Below the pieces are notes generated by a model. The model ran no database searches. It saw only the letters and a list, made by a program, of their open reading frames with translations, and had not been told where the DNA came from. A program made the position numbers and the translations under genes. 64,000 nt of DNA. Origin: an uncultured cyanobacterium (GTDB lineage: Bacteria; Cyanobacteriota; Cyanobacteriia; Cyanobacteriales; CAWUOF01). Below are positions 1 through 10,204 of the stretch, piece after piece. The first letter of the stretch is position 1; each line of letters begins with the position of its first letter. Where the stretch lies: assembly GCA_963744145.1 (NCBI GenBank), contig CAVUSO010000001.1:4064001-4128000 (forward strand). Direction: 5' to 3'.

Positions 1-65
1 AATTGACATTAGACAACCGACAATCTACAATATCTATTTTCAATGCTTAAACTATACTTACCTGG

Positions 66-515
66 TTATCTAACCAGGGGGAAGCGCCGGGAATTTTTGA
101 CCCGTTTACAGAGTCTCAATTCCGTCCCCTGAGAATTCCAATCAACTTGATCGAAGATTTGGTAGAGAATAAATACTCCTCGACCACATTCCCCATCTAG
201 ATCAGGAATTTGGTTAGAATCATCATCATCACAACAAGAAGGAGGACTAAACCCACCTCCTTGATCGGAAATTACCCACCAATATTCGTTTTGGACTACA
301 GAGAACTGAACCAAAACTTTTTTACTGGGATCTAGTTTATTGCCATGTTTGGCTGCATTGACTAGAGCTTCCTGTAAACCTAACCTTAGCTCTGCTTGCC
401 ATTGGTGAGGGATATCTGCCAATAGCAAATCCAAGATTGGACAAAGATAGAGCGTAGAGGCGAAGCTAATTGTACTCCAATTACGTCCACTTGGACAAAG
501 TGAGATAGCAATCAC
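66..515 (-). CDS. pmgA: Anti-sigma-factor-like ATP-binding protein (HATPase_c, PmgA-like)
   Basis: Motifs LQEALVNAAKHGN, ISDQGGGF and GECGRG. The N-terminus IAISL...WSTISFASTLYLCPILDLLL is typical of cyanobacterial PmgA. Start placed at GTG 515, inside ORF 66..572. Confidence 0.75.
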   Translation of the reverse strand: MIAISLCPSGRNWSTISFASTLYLCPILDLLLADIPHQWQAELRLGLQEALVNAAKHGNKLDPSKKVLVQFSVVQNEYWWVISDQGGGFSPPSCCDDDDSNQIPDLDGECGRGVFILYQIFDQVDWNSQGTELRLCKRVKNSRRFPLVR

Positions 516-790
516 AGAAAAAAACCCCTTAGCTTTCGGGTAGATAGACATCAGTTGGAGCGGGTTAAGCACCCTGATCGCTGAACCACCAAGGTTGCAC
601 CCAAACTTAAGTCAGTCAACAACTTTTTTCATAACGCTAGGGATGACTTATTATCTTCTTTAGCTATAAAAGTTACATAAGTTAAGACCTATGATTTCTT
701 TTCCCAATTTGATTCTAGCACGTTTAAGCCGATTAATATCTTCTGAAAACCGAAGAATTTACAAGATTATTTAAGACCTAAATAGGGGTA

Positions 791-929
791 ATACCAATTT
801 AATGTGAAGTTGCATAGAGCTAGATCCCCCTCGCATCCCCCTTAACAAGGGGGACTTTAAATTCATGCTCCCCCTTTTTAAGGGGGTTGGGGGGATCGGA
901 TTATATGTAGCTTCATAAAAAATTGATAT
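791..929. repeat. MITE-like element with imperfect terminal inverted repeats and an internal C/G-run palindromic pair
   Basis: ATACCAATTTAATGTGAAGTTGCATA and TATGTAGCTTCATAAAAAATTGATAT are imperfect inverted repeats. They enclose GATCCCCC...CCCCCTTAACAAGGGGG and CCCCCTTTTTAAGGGGGTTGGGGGGATC (823-897). Confidence 0.6.
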
Positions 930-969
930 AAGGCAGTTGAGGGGTGTGACCAGACAGGGAGCAGAGGTT

Positions 970-1599
970 TTAATGCTCAAAAATCCCCTGAAATTGCAGT
1001 AAATCAAGAGAAACTAGCACTGATAAGGTCTGGAAGCATTGTTGCGCCAATTCCCAGCGGTTTTCGCGTTTTAGCATGATAGTTAATTGGTGATGGAGAC
1101 TAATCAAATAACGGACATCATTAGCTGCATAGCGTAGTTGTTCCTCAGATAGATTCGTGGGATTACCCCAATCGGAGCTCTGAGCGGTTTTATCAAGTTC
1201 TACCTGCTCTAGTTCTTGGACTAATTCCTTCAGTCCATGTTTATTCGTGTAAGTACGAGCTAATTTACTAGCGATTTTGGTACAAAAAACTGGGGCAACA
1301 TGAATGTCCAGATAATAGCGTAAAGTCGCCAAATCAAACCGAGCAAAATGAAATACCTTATTTATAGTTGGCGTTTCCATCAGTTGTTTTAAATTGGGGG
1401 CTTCAGTCTGTCCCTGAGCAATCCGGACTACTGTAACTCGACCATGGGGATCGCACAATTGCACTAAACACAAGCGATCGCGCAGCGGTAATAAGCCCAT
1501 TGTTTCAGTATCCACCGCGATCGCCGACTGAGCTAAATAATTGACCAATTGCTGCGGATCAAGATCGCGATCGCAGACCTGAAAGTCATCAAATACCAT
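970..1599 (-). CDS. rnd: Ribonuclease D-like 3'-5' exonuclease
   Basis: DEDD motifs AVDTETMGL, FHFARFD, SDW and YAANDV. Confidence 0.85.
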   Translation of the reverse strand: MVFDDFQVCDRDLDPQQLVNYLAQSAIAVDTETMGLLPLRDRLCLVQLCDPHGRVTVVRIAQGQTEAPNLKQLMETPTINKVFHFARFDLATLRYYLDIHVAPVFCTKIASKLARTYTNKHGLKELVQELEQVELDKTAQSSDWGNPTNLSEEQLRYAANDVRYLISLHHQLTIMLKRENRWELAQQCFQTLSVLVSLDLLQFQGIFEH

Positions 1600-1631
1600 A
1601 ATCTTGAGTAGAGATAGCAAAACACTAATTA

Positions 1632-1672
1632 CCCCCCCTTCCCTAGTAGGGAAGGGGGTTGGGGGGTTAGGT
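1632..1672. repeat. Cyanobacterial palindromic repeat (CCCCCTTCCCTAGTAGGGAAGGGGGTTGGGGGGTTAGG)
   Basis: Intergenic hairpin followed by a GGGGGTTGGGGGG tail, related to the repeat at 868-897. Confidence 0.6.
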
Positions 1673-1688
1673 CCGACGCCCCTAAATC

Positions 1689-2957
1689 TTAAATTTGGGC
1701 AGAGCCATTAATATTGAGAAACTTAGCGACTGTTTGCACATCCTTATCTCCCCGTCCGGAACAATTAATCACAATCCGCAGATTACCACTAACTTGAGGA
1801 CAAAGAGTTTCTAAATAGGCGATCGCGTGAGCTGTTTCCAGAGCTGGAATAATTCCTTCCAACTTAGACAAACGTTCAAACGCTTTCAAAGCTTCCTGAT
1901 CCGTGACACTATAATATTCAGCCCGACTGCTATCTTTCAAATAGCTATGTTCCGGACCAACACCAGGATAATCTAAACCAGCACTAATCGAATGGGGTTC
2001 AATCACCTGACCATCTTCATCTTGCAGCAAATAACTCATGGCACCATGCAAAACACCAATCCTTCCTTCAGTTAAAGTTGCAGCGTGCTTATTAGTATTA
2101 ACTCCTTCTCCTGCGGCTTCAACCCCAATCAGTCTGACACAGGGATCATCAACAAATTCGTGAAATAAACCCATCGCGTTCGATCCACCACCAACACAAG
2201 CAAGCAAAATATCCGGTGTTCCTCCCCATTTTTCTAGACATTGATCTCGAGTTTCCCGACCAATAATTGCCTGAAAATCGCGTACTATCATGGGATAAGG
2301 ATGAGGACCAGCAACCGATCCCAAAATATAATGGGTATTCTCCACATTAGTTACCCAATCACGAATTGCTTCTGAAGTCGCATCCTTTAATGTCCCTGTG
2401 CCCGCTGCTACTGGACGCACTTGGGCTCCCATTAACCGCATCCGAAATACATTTAAAGCTTGACGTTCCATATCATGAACGTCCATATAAATTACACAAT
2501 CAATCCCAAACCGAGCGCATACAGTAGCTGTAGCGACACCATGTTGACCCGCACCAGTTTCAGCAATAATCCGCTTTTTGCCCATCCGTTTGGCTAACAG
2601 TGCTTGAGCCAGGGCATTATTAATTTTATGTGCCCCAGTATGATTTAAGTCTTCTCTTTTTAAATATATTTGTGGACTAGTACCATCGCTACTGGTATAA
2701 TGGCTTGTCAGACGTTCTGCAAAATAAAGAGGACTAGGACGTCCCACATAATCCCGTAATAATTGCTGAAGTTCTGTTTGAAATGCTGCATCAGTACGAC
2801 ATTCCTGATAAGCTGCTTCTAGCTCAAATAGTGCGGGCATTAAAGTTTCTGGGACATATTTGCCCCCAAATTGACCAAAGCGCCCGAACGCATCTGGTCG
2901 CTGCACAGAACTATGGTTAGGTAATTGAGAAATAGATGAGAGGGGTATAGCAGTCAC
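1689..2957 (-). CDS. trpB: Tryptophan synthase beta chain
   Basis: [31 protein letters not shown] (PLP lysine), [11 protein letters not shown] and CSGRGDKD. Start uncertain; the ORF extends to 2984. Confidence 0.97.
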   Translation of the reverse strand: MTAIPLSSISQLPNHSSVQRPDAFGRFGQFGGKYVPETLMPALFELEAAYQECRTDAAFQTELQQLLRDYVGRPSPLYFAERLTSHYTSSDGTSPQIYLKREDLNHTGAHKINNALAQALLAKRMGKKRIIAETGAGQHGVATATVCARFGIDCVIYMDVHDMERQALNVFRMRLMGAQVRPVAAGTGTLKDATSEAIRDWVTNVENTHYILGSVAGPHPYPMIVRDFQAIIGRETRDQCLEKWGGTPDILLACVGGGSNAMGLFHEFVDDPCVRLIGVEAAGEGVNTNKHAATLTEGRIGVLHGAMSYLLQDEDGQVIEPHSISAGLDYPGVGPEHSYLKDSSRAEYYSVTDQEALKAFERLSKLEGIIPALETAHAIAYLETLCPQVSGNLRIVINCSGRGDKDVQTVAKFLNINGSAQI

Positions 2958-3103
2958 AGTAGAAAAATAAAATTTAGAGAACAAATCTTATTATAGGTAA
3001 TTTAGGAACTCTTTAAAAAACTTGCCAATTGCCGCTAAGACCCAGAAATGGTTCAATTTGCTCAAAAACTGAACCATATTGGTTTATAGTTAATATCTTT
3101 TTT

Positions 3104-3437
3104 TCAAAGAAACTCTATATGATTCTGCATATCTGACGGTTCAAGAACTTCCCAAATCAAAATTAAGCCACGCACAACTTCACCAAGTGAACGACTATTT
3201 TGATGACAGTAAGCAATACCATAATGTTCTAATCCGCGTTGATGAAGTGCTAAAAAATCATCATCCTTGGTAAAAAATTACTCGCTTTTGAGAAATCGCA
3301 AAAACTAATTGTTCTTCATCTGTTGCACCTAAAAGTTGTGCTTCTGATGTAGTCGTGACATCAATATTCCGTCTTCTTAAAGCTTCGGCGATCGCCAATT
3401 CAACTTGTTCATCCAAATGAAACCGGATCTTTTCCAA
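3104..3437 (-). pseudogene. DUF5615 / PIN-like toxin, frameshifted
   Basis: Manual translation gives MEKIRFHLDEQV..ALRRRNIDV..GATDEEQL..QKRVIF, then TKDDDFLALHQRGLEHYGI..EVLEPSDMQNHIEFL* in the next frame. There is one extra base in the A6 run at 3272-3277, and the length is 334 nt (3n+1). Confidence 0.75.
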
Positions 3438-3744
3438 GCTTCTGCCCTCTTAATTTCTGCTGCACCTTGGAAGGAATTTTTGTTTGCAATTCCTGCACAA
3501 AAGCTTCACTCTCTCGTATTTGTTGGCGAATTTCCTCAAGATGGTCGTGATAATAGGCCAAAGCTGTATACACATCTGCTAAAGTGATGGTGGGATAGCG
3601 CGACACAATTTCATCAGGAGACATTCCCATCTGTTCATGCCATAAGACAATATCTTGAACTCTAATCCGATGTCCAGCAATGCGCGGTTTACCACCGCAT
3701 ACTCCGGGCGTAATTTCAATATGTTCTGCAATAACTGCTGTCAT
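3409..3744 (-). CDS. DUF433 family antitoxin-like protein
   Basis: ITPGVCGGKPRIAGHRIRV...YPTITLADVYTALAYY. Overlaps the downstream DUF5615 gene. Confidence 0.9.
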   Translation of the reverse strand: MTAVIAEHIEITPGVCGGKPRIAGHRIRVQDIVLWHEQMGMSPDEIVSRYPTITLADVYTALAYYHDHLEEIRQQIRESEAFVQELQTKIPSKVQQKLRGQKLGKDPVSFG

Positions 3745-3887
3745 TGGATTTCCTCAAATTTTCAGCTAGCATTTATATTAGTTTATCCCAATCGAAAAGT
3801 ACCAATGATCCTAATGGTGAATCTGCAAGTTTATAGTTGGGATTAAGTCTAAACATAACCAGGCTTTGCTCCCAACTACATTCTAGC

Positions 3888-4478
3888 TCAAATCTGGATT
3901 TCATCAGCAAAGCTAACTTTACGCACAAAATGAAATGGTCCAGCTACCGCTCCCCAAATATGTTCGTGGCTTTCCACATCTCTGCCTCGATCGTGACTGA
4001 TAAATAATTTATCGTCAATTTCAAAGGTACTATCTAGATAAGTAGTATGACCGTTACGCACGACTATACAACCTTTACCTGCTTCTACTTCTCCGTGAAA
4101 ACTATGTCCTGTCCATTTGACAATAAAATTGCAATGTGGTAGTTTTTGCAACTGCTCCACTTTCAATCCTTGCAGAAGTTTTAGATCACGCGCAGCTCCG
4201 TAAAAAAGATGTTCATCCTTCACCGCATAATTTTCAATTTCAATGCGATCGCTATAGGGAACTAACTTCAATACTCGGATGCGATAGGGTTGACTCAGCA
4301 GATAATCATAAGCTTGCTCTACATACAAACTTACCCCTGATAAAAATTCTCCTGGTAAGGGACGCATACAAACACGAATATGGGCAAAAAATGGAGGATT
4401 TTCAAAAGCTTGCTCTTGATTACTAAAATCCGCTGCCATCCATCTAGCTAGGGTGGCAATATCCTGAGAATGAGTCAT
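3888..4478 (-). CDS. cpcT: CpcT/CpeT family phycobiliprotein chromophore lyase
   Basis: MTHSQDIATLARWMAADFSNQEQAFENPPFFAHIRV...SHDRGRD...HIWG. Confidence 0.9.
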   Translation of the reverse strand: MTHSQDIATLARWMAADFSNQEQAFENPPFFAHIRVCMRPLPGEFLSGVSLYVEQAYDYLLSQPYRIRVLKLVPYSDRIEIENYAVKDEHLFYGAARDLKLLQGLKVEQLQKLPHCNFIVKWTGHSFHGEVEAGKGCIVVRNGHTTYLDSTFEIDDKLFISHDRGRDVESHEHIWGAVAGPFHFVRKVSFADEIQI

Positions 4479-4543
4479 TGGTTCGGCTAAATCCAAAAAA
4501 GTAATGGTTTTGAGTATGTTTAAAATTACCATACATTATTGAA

Positions 4544-6010
4544 TTGAGCTGGGAAAAAAACCATCCTGAAATCTGCATCCTGATCATCTACCAGGTAGGG
4601 ACAATTTATAAATTGTCCATTATTCCTGTTTTTCCTGGCGATCGAGTGTATGCTGATCACAGATTAGTATCAACAGGAATGATAATGATCCCGAAGGATG
4701 ATCGCTTATATTCTCTCCCCATCATTCAGTGCTTTAGCTTGATTGTAGCTAGTGCTATTGTTTTGATGGGTGGGAATGGAATGACATCCCCAGGTCCGAG
4801 TGCCGAGCGATCGCGCTGGCAACATCATGTGGATGCTTTAGGAGGTGAAGAAAATCCAGCGACCGATTTAGTACCGATTAATCCCCTTGGACCAGATGAG
4901 TTTCCCGCTAATCCTTTAGAAATTAATGTCCCTGATCCCTTATTACCCGATCCAAAACAACCTCTGAGTCAAGCCGATCGCGATCAATTGGTAAGTGATT
5001 TAGACCGATTAAATCTTGAGGCAAATCATAACCTGCAATTAGGTAATGGGATTCAAGCTTTTGATATTTGGAATCGTGTGATTCGTTTAAACAGAGCTTT
5101 AGGTCCTCAAGCAGAAATAGCAGAGTTGGGAAAAGTTGGGTCGATCGCTTGGGAAAAAAATCAGCCTACCGAAGTTAGATATATTACTGAAAGATTAGAA
5201 ACACTTCACAAACAGGTTGAGAGTAACCCCCAAGATCCCGATCGCACGGTTTTGTTGACAGCATTAGGCACATCATTTAAACTAGTTAGAGATCGGGATG
5301 CTGCCTTAATGGTATATGGAGAAATTCTTACTGACGCTCGGGCACAGCAAGATGCCAAAACAGAAGAAGATACATTAAATACTATTGCCGAAATTGATTT
5401 GAATTGGTTTGATTATCCTCAAGCCGTTGATACCTATCAGCAGTTATTAGCTTTAGCACAAAAAAATGGCGATCAGTTAAAACAGATAAATTATTTAAAA
5501 CAACTTGCTTATATTCACACCCAAGCTCGACAACCACAGCAAGCTTTAGAAGCTAATCTTGCCCTAGCAAGTATATATTTAGACCAAAAACAGTTTCAGC
5601 TAATTCCAGCCTTACAATTAGAGATCGCTGGTGAATATGAAACTCTCAACCAACTCAATCAATCCGCAAAAACCTATCAAGATGCCTATTCTTTAGCTTG
5701 GTCAACGCAACAGTTTAACTATGCTGGAGAAGCTTTATTAAAATTAGCTATTTTATACCGATCGCATAATCAAATTAATGCTGCTTTACAAGTATATCGA
5801 GTGCTTTTAGATGTAGACCAACGAGCTTATGATGTTTATGGCTTAATGAATACCTACGATCAAATTGGACAAATATATCAAGCTCGTCAAGCATACCCCC
5901 AAGCAAGAGCAGCTTTTGAAAATGGCTTAAAATTAGCTAAACAGTTAGGCTATCGCGAAGATTACTTTTCCAAACAAATTCAACAAGTAGATCAAGCTCC
6001 AACTCCCTAG
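4544..6010 (+). CDS. Tetratricopeptide-repeat protein
   Basis: Repeated helical TPR-like units (YPQAVDTYQQLLALA, YPQARAAFENGLKLA). True start is probably near 4679. Confidence 0.75.
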   Translation: MSWEKNHPEICILIIYQVGTIYKLSIIPVFPGDRVYADHRLVSTGMIMIPKDDRLYSLPIIQCFSLIVASAIVLMGGNGMTSPGPSAERSRWQHHVDALGGEENPATDLVPINPLGPDEFPANPLEINVPDPLLPDPKQPLSQADRDQLVSDLDRLNLEANHNLQLGNGIQAFDIWNRVIRLNRALGPQAEIAELGKVGSIAWEKNQPTEVRYITERLETLHKQVESNPQDPDRTVLLTALGTSFKLVRDRDAALMVYGEILTDARAQQDAKTEEDTLNTIAEIDLNWFDYPQAVDTYQQLLALAQKNGDQLKQINYLKQLAYIHTQARQPQQALEANLALASIYLDQKQFQLIPALQLEIAGEYETLNQLNQSAKTYQDAYSLAWSTQQFNYAGEALLKLAILYRSHNQINAALQVYRVLLDVDQRAYDVYGLMNTYDQIGQIYQARQAYPQARAAFENGLKLAKQLGYREDYFSKQIQQVDQAPTP

Positions 6011-6172
6011 GTTATCAATAACTTAACCTTTTGATTACCAGATCCTCACCTATTCCTAGATTTGAGCCAATAATATGGATGAGGGAGGATCGGAGGTTAT
6101 TGGCTTTTTTGGCGAAAGTTGTTATTTATACCCCAACTTAGCCGGTAAACAAAACCCGATGGCCTTGCCGAA

Positions 6173-6814
6173 TTGGTCCCAACTTTAGTAGATAAAAATT
6201 TTATGACGATCGCTACTTTTGACTTACCACCACAAATCCGTCATCTGGAAGAGCAAATCTTAGCAAATCGGGGCGAACTTTTGGCTTCTGAATCTGCACA
6301 AAAATTCAGTCGTCGTGAAGTCATCCCACTGTGGCATGGGATATTATGGAAAATTGACAAAGGAATGGTGCGGACTTTAACTTGGAGTGAAGAAGGAACC
6401 ATTATTACCTTGGGGATTTGGGGTCCGGGGGATATTGTGGGGAAAGCTCTATCGGGAATCGATCCTTATCAAATCGAATGTTTAGGTAACACTGAGGTCA
6501 CGATCATCCCCTCCCATTTAACTAACGAAACATCAGGAGCAATGCTCAAACATATTCAGCAAGCACAAGAACTATTGGGAATTATTCGTCGAGAACGGGT
6601 TTATTTTTGCTTACTGCAATTATTGTTATGGTTAGGAGAAAAATTTGGTAGCAAAATGGAACAGGGCTGGTCGTTGGATTTACCTCTAACACATCAAGAT
6701 ATGGCTGATGTAATTGGGACAACAAGAGTAACTGTGACCCGCTTACTCAAACAGTTTCAGGATGAAGGAATCATCAAACGACAACGACGTCGATTAATAA
6801 TTGTTCGACCCTAA
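6173..6814 (+). CDS. Crp/Fnr family transcriptional regulator
   Basis: C-terminal HTH LTHQDMADVIGTTRVTVTRLL and a cNMP-binding-like region (GMVRTLTWSEEG, GPGDIVG). Confidence 0.9.
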   Translation: MVPTLVDKNFMTIATFDLPPQIRHLEEQILANRGELLASESAQKFSRREVIPLWHGILWKIDKGMVRTLTWSEEGTIITLGIWGPGDIVGKALSGIDPYQIECLGNTEVTIIPSHLTNETSGAMLKHIQQAQELLGIIRRERVYFCLLQLLLWLGEKFGSKMEQGWSLDLPLTHQDMADVIGTTRVTVTRLLKQFQDEGIIKRQRRRLIIVRP

Positions 6815-7048
6815 AAAACTCAGATCAAAAAACAAATCTGCACTAATTTCATTTGCCTAACTTATTGCCTGGTTTAATGACTAAAAAATGCAGTACTGGG
6901 AAATATTTTGGTAATTTGGCACCAAAAGTGGAATAATTGGACTAATAAATATATATAATCAGTATCTGGTAATCTATACTACATTAAAATCAAAAAAAAA
7001 TTAACAAAACCGTAAAAAGTAACAATAAAATATTATATAATCGGCAGG

Positions 7049-8848
7049 ATGTTAAGAATAGTTGATTTAGGTGTGAGGTATAGGGTGATGTTAAAAATAG
7101 GTTCGGACACTCTTTTAAATAGCTCCTTAATCGTAGCGACCAGCTTATTAGTAGCTAATAGCGCGATCGCCGCCGAGACCAGTGAATCTGGTGTCTTGGG
7201 TGAGGGAAATTCTCTAGAGCAAACCCAACAATATGGCCAAGCCTCCGAAGGAATGGACCAAATAACTTCCGTTTCCCAACTGCGGGACGTACAGCCGACC
7301 GACTGGGCATTCCAAGCATTGCAAAGCTTGGTAGAGCGTTATGGATGTATCGCGGGATATCCAGATGGCACATTTCGGGGTAATAAACCCATGACCCGAT
7401 TTGAATTTGCCGCAGGGTTAAATGCTTGTATGGAGAAAGTGACTCAGCTCATTAGTGGTTCTAGTGGTGGTAGTGTCACTAAAAGCGATTTAGCCGTCCT
7501 GCAAAAACTGCAAGAGCAATTTTCGGCTGAGTTAGCCACCCTGCGGGGCAGGGTAGATTCTTTAGAAGCTCGTACTGCTGAGTTAGAAGCAAAGCAGTTT
7601 TCCACCACCACCAAACTCAGAGGTGAAGCAATTTTCGCCGTAGAAGATTTGGTTGGTAATAATGGTCGTCTAGCGGTATCTTCCCGACAGAAAAAAGCAG
7701 CTCTAAACTCATTACAAGACAATGCAGTTTTAGCAGATCGGGTCCGGCTCAACTTTGATACCAGTTTTACCGGTCAGGACTTATTGAGAACTCGTCTGCA
7801 AGCGAGAAATGACATTCAGTATGATAGCACTCGCTCAGGCACTCGGATGACCCGGTTAGGTTTTGACGGAGATAATCAAAACCAATTTACTCTAGATAAA
7901 CTCTTCTATCGTTTCCCACTGGGGAAAGCGACCACAATCCAGGTTGATGCTACTAATGCTGAGTTTAACGATAACGTAAATAACTTCAACCCATTATTTC
8001 AAGCTAGTGGGACTGGTTCCATCTCCCGTTTTGGTCGATTTAACCCCATTTACCGTCAAGTTGGTGCTTCTAGCACGAGTGGAGTCAGCACAGGTGGAGC
8101 TGCCTTAACCATCAGACAATATTTCAGCAAACAAGCTGAGCTATCTTTAGGTTATCAAGCCTTTAGCTCCAACGATCCTAGCCAAAAAGCTGGTCTATTT
8201 AATGGTGCTTATGCTGCACTTGCTCAGTTAGCGTTCAAACCTAACGACGCAGTGAATTTGGGTTTAACCTACGTTCATAACTACTTTCCTGGTGCTTCGG
8301 TGAATATGACCGGAAGTACCGGAAGTACCTACGCTTCAGCTCCCTTTGGCTCGATCGCTACTTCGGGAGATAACTTTGGGATTGAAGGAAGTTTACGTCC
8401 TAGTTCAGCCTTTGTGATTTCCGCTTGGGGTGGTTATACCATATCGACTGCGGAAGTGAATCAGAGTATCACCAAGAATGGTCTCACGACCAGAACGATC
8501 AAAAAAGGAGACACAGCCGATAGTATTAACTGGGCTGTAACTTTAGGCTTGCCCAATTTTGGTGGTAAAGGTAATCTGCTCGGTTTTGTATTTGGAATGC
8601 CACCGAAAATTACAGATACTACTCTCCGCGGTCAAAATGTCTTCGCTTCTAACGGTGTTCTCGTAGGTCAAAAGCCTTTCCGTAATGATAGTAAGGCTAC
8701 TTCTTACCATCTAGAGGCTTTCTATCGTTATCAAGTGACAGATAATATCTCCATTACTCCTGGTGCATTTGTCATTCTCGATCCAGAAGATAATAATGTC
8801 AACGGCAATATCTGGGTAGGAACTTTGCGGACTACCTTCACCTTCTAA
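7049..8848 (+). CDS. Cyanobacterial outer-membrane porin (SLH domain + OprB-type barrel)
   Basis: QITSVSQLRDVQPTDWAFQALQSLVERYGCIAGYPDG, QFSTTTKLRGE and C-terminal GTLRTTFTF. Confidence 0.95.
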   Translation: MLRIVDLGVRYRVMLKIGSDTLLNSSLIVATSLLVANSAIAAETSESGVLGEGNSLEQTQQYGQASEGMDQITSVSQLRDVQPTDWAFQALQSLVERYGCIAGYPDGTFRGNKPMTRFEFAAGLNACMEKVTQLISGSSGGSVTKSDLAVLQKLQEQFSAELATLRGRVDSLEARTAELEAKQFSTTTKLRGEAIFAVEDLVGNNGRLAVSSRQKKAALNSLQDNAVLADRVRLNFDTSFTGQDLLRTRLQARNDIQYDSTRSGTRMTRLGFDGDNQNQFTLDKLFYRFPLGKATTIQVDATNAEFNDNVNNFNPLFQASGTGSISRFGRFNPIYRQVGASSTSGVSTGGAALTIRQYFSKQAELSLGYQAFSSNDPSQKAGLFNGAYAALAQLAFKPNDAVNLGLTYVHNYFPGASVNMTGSTGSTYASAPFGSIATSGDNFGIEGSLRPSSAFVISAWGGYTISTAEVNQSITKNGLTTRTIKKGDTADSINWAVTLGLPNFGGKGNLLGFVFGMPPKITDTTLRGQNVFASNGVLVGQKPFRNDSKATSYHLEAFYRYQVTDNISITPGAFVILDPEDNNVNGNIWVGTLRTTFTF

Positions 8849-8877
8849 TCGGTGATTAATGTAGTTTCTCACTAAAT

Positions 8878-8907
8878 AAAACCTGCCAGATTTGGCAGGT
8901 TTTTTTA
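8878..8907 (+). terminator. Rho-independent terminator after the porin gene
   Basis: AAAACCTGCCA-GATT-TGGCAGGTTTTTTT hairpin with a T tract. Confidence 0.8.
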
Positions 8908-8928
8908 TAATTAATTTAATCAAAAATT

Positions 8929-10083
8929 ATGTCCTATACTTGGTTAAAAAAATCTTTAGATACTATTCATCGAGCTGATTGGTATCGTTCCGTGCAAACT
9001 ATTGAGGGAATGACTGGTGCGATCGTCAGCTTAGATGGAAAACCAGTGATTAATTTTGCTAGTAATGATTATCTTGGTTTAGCAGAGGATGCGCGTTTGA
9101 TTCAAGCTGCGATCGATGCTATCAGGGAATTTGGTACAGGTAGTACAGGTTCACGGTTATTGAGTGGACATAGACAACTTCATCAAGACTTAGAAAGCGC
9201 GATCGCTAGTTTAAAACAGACAGAAGATGCTTTAGTTTTTAGTTCTGGATATTTAGCTAATTTAGGTACAATTACGGCTATAGTTGGGAAACGAGATTTA
9301 ATTTTATCAGATCAATATAATCATTCTAGCTTAAAAAACGGCGCGATTATGAGTGGTGCTACTGTGTTAGAATTCCCTCATCAACAGATAGAAGCTTTAA
9401 AGAATCAATTAGAAATAGTACGCGATCGCTATCGTCGCTGTCTGATTATTACTGATAGTATTTTTAGCATGGATGGAGACTTATGTCAACTCCCAGAACT
9501 ATTAGATGTAGCGACTAAGTTTAGTTGTATGCTTTTAATTGATGAAGCACATGCAACTGGAGTTTTAGGAAAAAATGGTGCAGGAGCAGTAGAACATTTT
9601 CACTGTACTGGGAGGGAAATGATCCAAATTGGCACCTTAAGTAAAGCGATCGGGAGTTTAGGGGGATATGTAGCTGGATCAGCGGAATTAATCGACTATC
9701 TGCGTAACCGGGCTCCTACCTGGATTTATAGTACCAGTTTGACTCCAGCAGATACCGCAGCAGCGATCGCTGGAATTAAAATTATCCAACAGGAACCAGA
9801 AAGACGCGATCGCTTGTGGCAAAATGTAACTAATCTTAAACAAAACCTTTCTCTCCCCACATCACAAATTTTACCTTCTGGATCGCCAATTATTTGTATT
9901 CAGCTTAAAAATGCTGCTACTGCGCTTCAAGTGGGAACGGAACTCAAACAATCTGGAATATTTGTCCCAGCAATCCGACCTCCTACCGTACCTACTAGTA
10001 GAATTAGAATATCTCTCATGACCACCCATCAACCTGAACAAATTCAATACTTAGCTCAAAAGTTAAATATGATAGAAGTATAG
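8929..10083 (+). CDS. bioF: 8-amino-7-oxononanoate synthase
   Basis: [35 protein letters not shown] and AIRPPTVP. Confidence 0.93.
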   Translation: MSYTWLKKSLDTIHRADWYRSVQTIEGMTGAIVSLDGKPVINFASNDYLGLAEDARLIQAAIDAIREFGTGSTGSRLLSGHRQLHQDLESAIASLKQTEDALVFSSGYLANLGTITAIVGKRDLILSDQYNHSSLKNGAIMSGATVLEFPHQQIEALKNQLEIVRDRYRRCLIITDSIFSMDGDLCQLPELLDVATKFSCMLLIDEAHATGVLGKNGAGAVEHFHCTGREMIQIGTLSKAIGSLGGYVAGSAELIDYLRNRAPTWIYSTSLTPADTAAAIAGIKIIQQEPERRDRLWQNVTNLKQNLSLPTSQILPSGSPIICIQLKNAATALQVGTELKQSGIFVPAIRPPTVPTSRIRISLMTTHQPEQIQYLAQKLNMIEV

Positions 10084-10108
10084 ATCAGACCTCTTGCAAA
10101 AATAAATA

Positions 10109-10172
10109 GGACAGGCAAGATGCCTGTCCCACCAGAATCAATAACTTTTGTGGGACAGGCATCTTGCCTGTC
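10109..10172. repeat. Inverted pair of REP-like palindromes (GGACAGGCAAGATGCCTGTCCCAC)
   Basis: Two inverted copies at 10109-10132 and 10150-10172. A related copy lies at 58007-58043. Confidence 0.7.
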
Positions 10173-10204
10173 AATAACATAGATCAATAAGGACTTTTGC
10201 TTTC

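Noticed and set aside
516..610. Possible structured RNA or riboswitch in the pmgA leader
   Set aside because: GC-richer than its surroundings, but I could not assign a family or a convincing fold by eye.
771..1007. 78-aa ORF (NPIPPTPLKRG..SPLLRG)
   Set aside because: It is a translation of the palindromic MITE-like repeat, not a credible gene.
6969..6982. NtcA-like GTA-N8-TAC upstream of the porin gene
   Set aside because: Six specified bases arise often by chance in AT-rich DNA, and I saw no properly spaced -10 element.
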